Positions 61,818 to 64,000 of a stretch of DNA of 64,000 nucleotides are shown in pieces; position 1 is the first letter of the stretch; every line of letters starts with the position of its first letter. This stretch comes from Marsupella aquatica (Eukaryota > Plantae > Marchantiophyta). The notes under the pieces were generated by a model. It did no database searches and was not told the DNA's origin. It saw only the letters and a list, made by a program, of their open reading frames with translations. The DNA lies in contig OZ316897.1 in assembly GCA_973895155.1 (NCBI GenBank), positions 20,277,224 through 20,341,223 on the forward strand, written 5' to 3'. The position numbers were made by a program, and so were the translations under genes.

Positions 61818-64000
61818 TTTTTCAAAATTTCCCCTCCCCTTCTGAACCTCACCGTTCCCCAAAATTGAATTGAGTCACCACGAACTTGTCCGATTGAATG
61901 TAGATTCTCATTATAATCGAGAGGACAATTCACCTCCCAGATTGTCGATAGGGCTGTGAGGGTTGGCCGAAACTCCTCTGCATTAATTAGAGCCCATTGG
62001 CCGTGAGTTCTCGTCCTTATGTAGAGAACTTGTCATCTCTCTAGTGATGCATAGGGCTGCTCAAATGATCGGAAGTTCTCGGCAATACTGCATGTGTAGA
62101 GAGAGCATACAAATTATTTATCCTATCCCATTGATGGTTTCTAAGTTCAAGTTCTGGTGATAAATGAGACGATATTCAACCTCTTGAGGGCCATGGGGAT
62201 GGGCAGAGATGTGTTGGCGGCCTGATGCGGCTGTGTTCTTGCCAAAAGTGCGGCCATTCCAAAGGATGCAATGGTTCAGGAAGAGGATCCGAAAGACGAG
62301 AACTCATGACCTAAACTTCGGATTGCCAAACGCTCTTGGCCAGAATTACGAACGAAATCGATAGGACTTGATGATTCAACTTACAACAACTCTTGATCTT
62401 CCTGTCGAACCGCTTGAATCCCTGGGCATGCAGGTTGTTTAAGTAGTGTCATTCAAAATGATGCCATAATCGGTACAATGGAACGAAATGCATCAAATTT
62501 TCTCGACCAACTCTTGAGATGCCTCGCCGGATAAGTAAACGATTATGTTGCTTCACAATCTCTGAAGATCATCCCTCTTTTGCATGCCGCTCCTACTTCG
62601 CCAAATATGGATCAGACGTACCGACAAAAGTGTTTGGCAGTGCCCCTGGCAGCCCGGGCTGTCAGCTGTGTTAGCCGCCTGGCGCCGACAGTTCCTGGAA
62701 CTCAAGATAGATGCTTCATTATGTCGTTTTTACAAGAACCATTATTCGGTGGAAAGTCTAGGAGGGCATCTCAGGCACGAGGCATCATGTTGGGATTTTC
62801 TCTTTCACAATGTTCTGCGTCCGGGGTGGGATTGTCGGCCGACTGTCTGCCCCAATAGGTGCATTATGTGCCCATTCCGGATACCAAGGAAAATCCTTAA
62901 GAACAATTAGTAACTGAGCTCACGTCTTTTCTCTCGCTCTATACAATCACCCGGATTGCAAAAGCGGTGTTCACGAGCACCATCATTAAACAGTTTGGTG
63001 TACACTGAGAAATTCGAGTTGGCATCTAAGAATAGGTAAGAACAGGAGGCGGATGCAAAGAGGCTTGAGAGAGGGTTGAATGTGGCCTCGATCAATCGGT
63101 CAAGCCACATGAGATCGCCAGTTTGCCGTGGAGAATGTCTCAGTCAGCACTGCTCAGACTGTACTACTTTAATTTGCATGTTTGCTTTCACAAAGTCATC
63201 AGAGATCGTTCACAAAATTGCCCCTTAATGTAGCTGGCCTGGACAGCATGTACCTAGCGAAGACATGGATCATACTCTGCTTTTGTTCACAGTGGCTTGA
63301 AATGCAGACGAGTCGCTCGATCCCAACAGAAGACCAATTCTCTTCTGGAAGCAGAACTTCTCGCCTTCGACAGCACCTCATCTCACCTCTCACAATGTCT
63401 CCAGAGCAATATCCAAAGCCAGCGTTTACTTCCGTGTCCATCCGTCCGCTCCGAGGTCCGGTTCGGCTAGTGCAGTCGAGCTTCCTTGATCGCCTCAATC
63501 TTGATGAGACCAGAGCATTTCTTCGGAAACTTCTTGGCCACCGATATTCTAATTAAGTTACGGACTGTTTGAAATTAAGTTCGATGGGCCCCAATAGTCA
63601 GGCTCCCCCTCATCTCTGGAGTTCTTCTGCCTAGACAAGCTTCTCATCTTTCCTCCTGACAATCTCTGTCGATTACAGTGGGAATACATCCGAACTCCAC
63701 TGGATTGATTCGTGAAAAAGACGATGGCGTCCCTCCCCTTCCATCCTCTCCACACTGTCACTAAATGTTACTGTACTTCCTTGAATGAGGGATTTCCCAA
63801 GCGTGCTATCTTGACTGGTGGTGGTCCAGAATTCGCCCGTTCTGGAGCCCATCTTATTTCATTCATGCACGCCAACTGACTTGACTATGGGACTGACGAG
63901 ATCACATATTAGATCATGACTTGGGTGAGTAGAAATTCGAGAGACCAGCAAGTCACGAAAAGCACTGGAAGCTGCATTCTTCATATAACATGTCCAAGCT

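Noticed and set aside
61900-64000. Coding-like composition with short ORFs on both strands
   Set aside because: No continuous frame, splice model or recognisable domain. It may be a pseudogene remnant, which a translated search would settle.

Overview
Eukaryotic, intron-containing DNA from a non-flowering land plant (a liverwort/bryophyte is my inference from the HNL genes). Two paralogous five-exon alpha/beta-hydrolase-NB-ARC-LRR (HNL-type) immune receptor genes lie on the minus strand (2840-9285 and 45276-51423). Between them sit a decayed Ty1/copia LTR retrotransposon (11478-18345, TSD GAGTA), an inverted solo LTR (18499-18843, TSD GGTTT), a Bianca-like copia with 115-bp LTRs (35959-42700, TSD GTATA) and a fully delimited 15.3-kb DNA transposon (19958-35258; 26-bp TIRs, ACCC flanks). 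The transposon is the main novelty. It carries a DDD-type transposase with three Tnp1/En-Spm-like repeats, a divergently transcribed spliced gene fusing a ParB/DGQHR-like domain to a prokaryote-type N4C/N6A DNA methyltransferase-like domain, and an FCP1/NIF HAD phosphatase-like ORF. All three predicted large introns of its two main genes hold arrays of one 21-bp palindrome. Further right are a truncated RLE-type non-LTR retroelement and an intact four-exon bacterial-type GH15 glycoside hydrolase gene. Domain calls come from motif recognition only; no database search was run.
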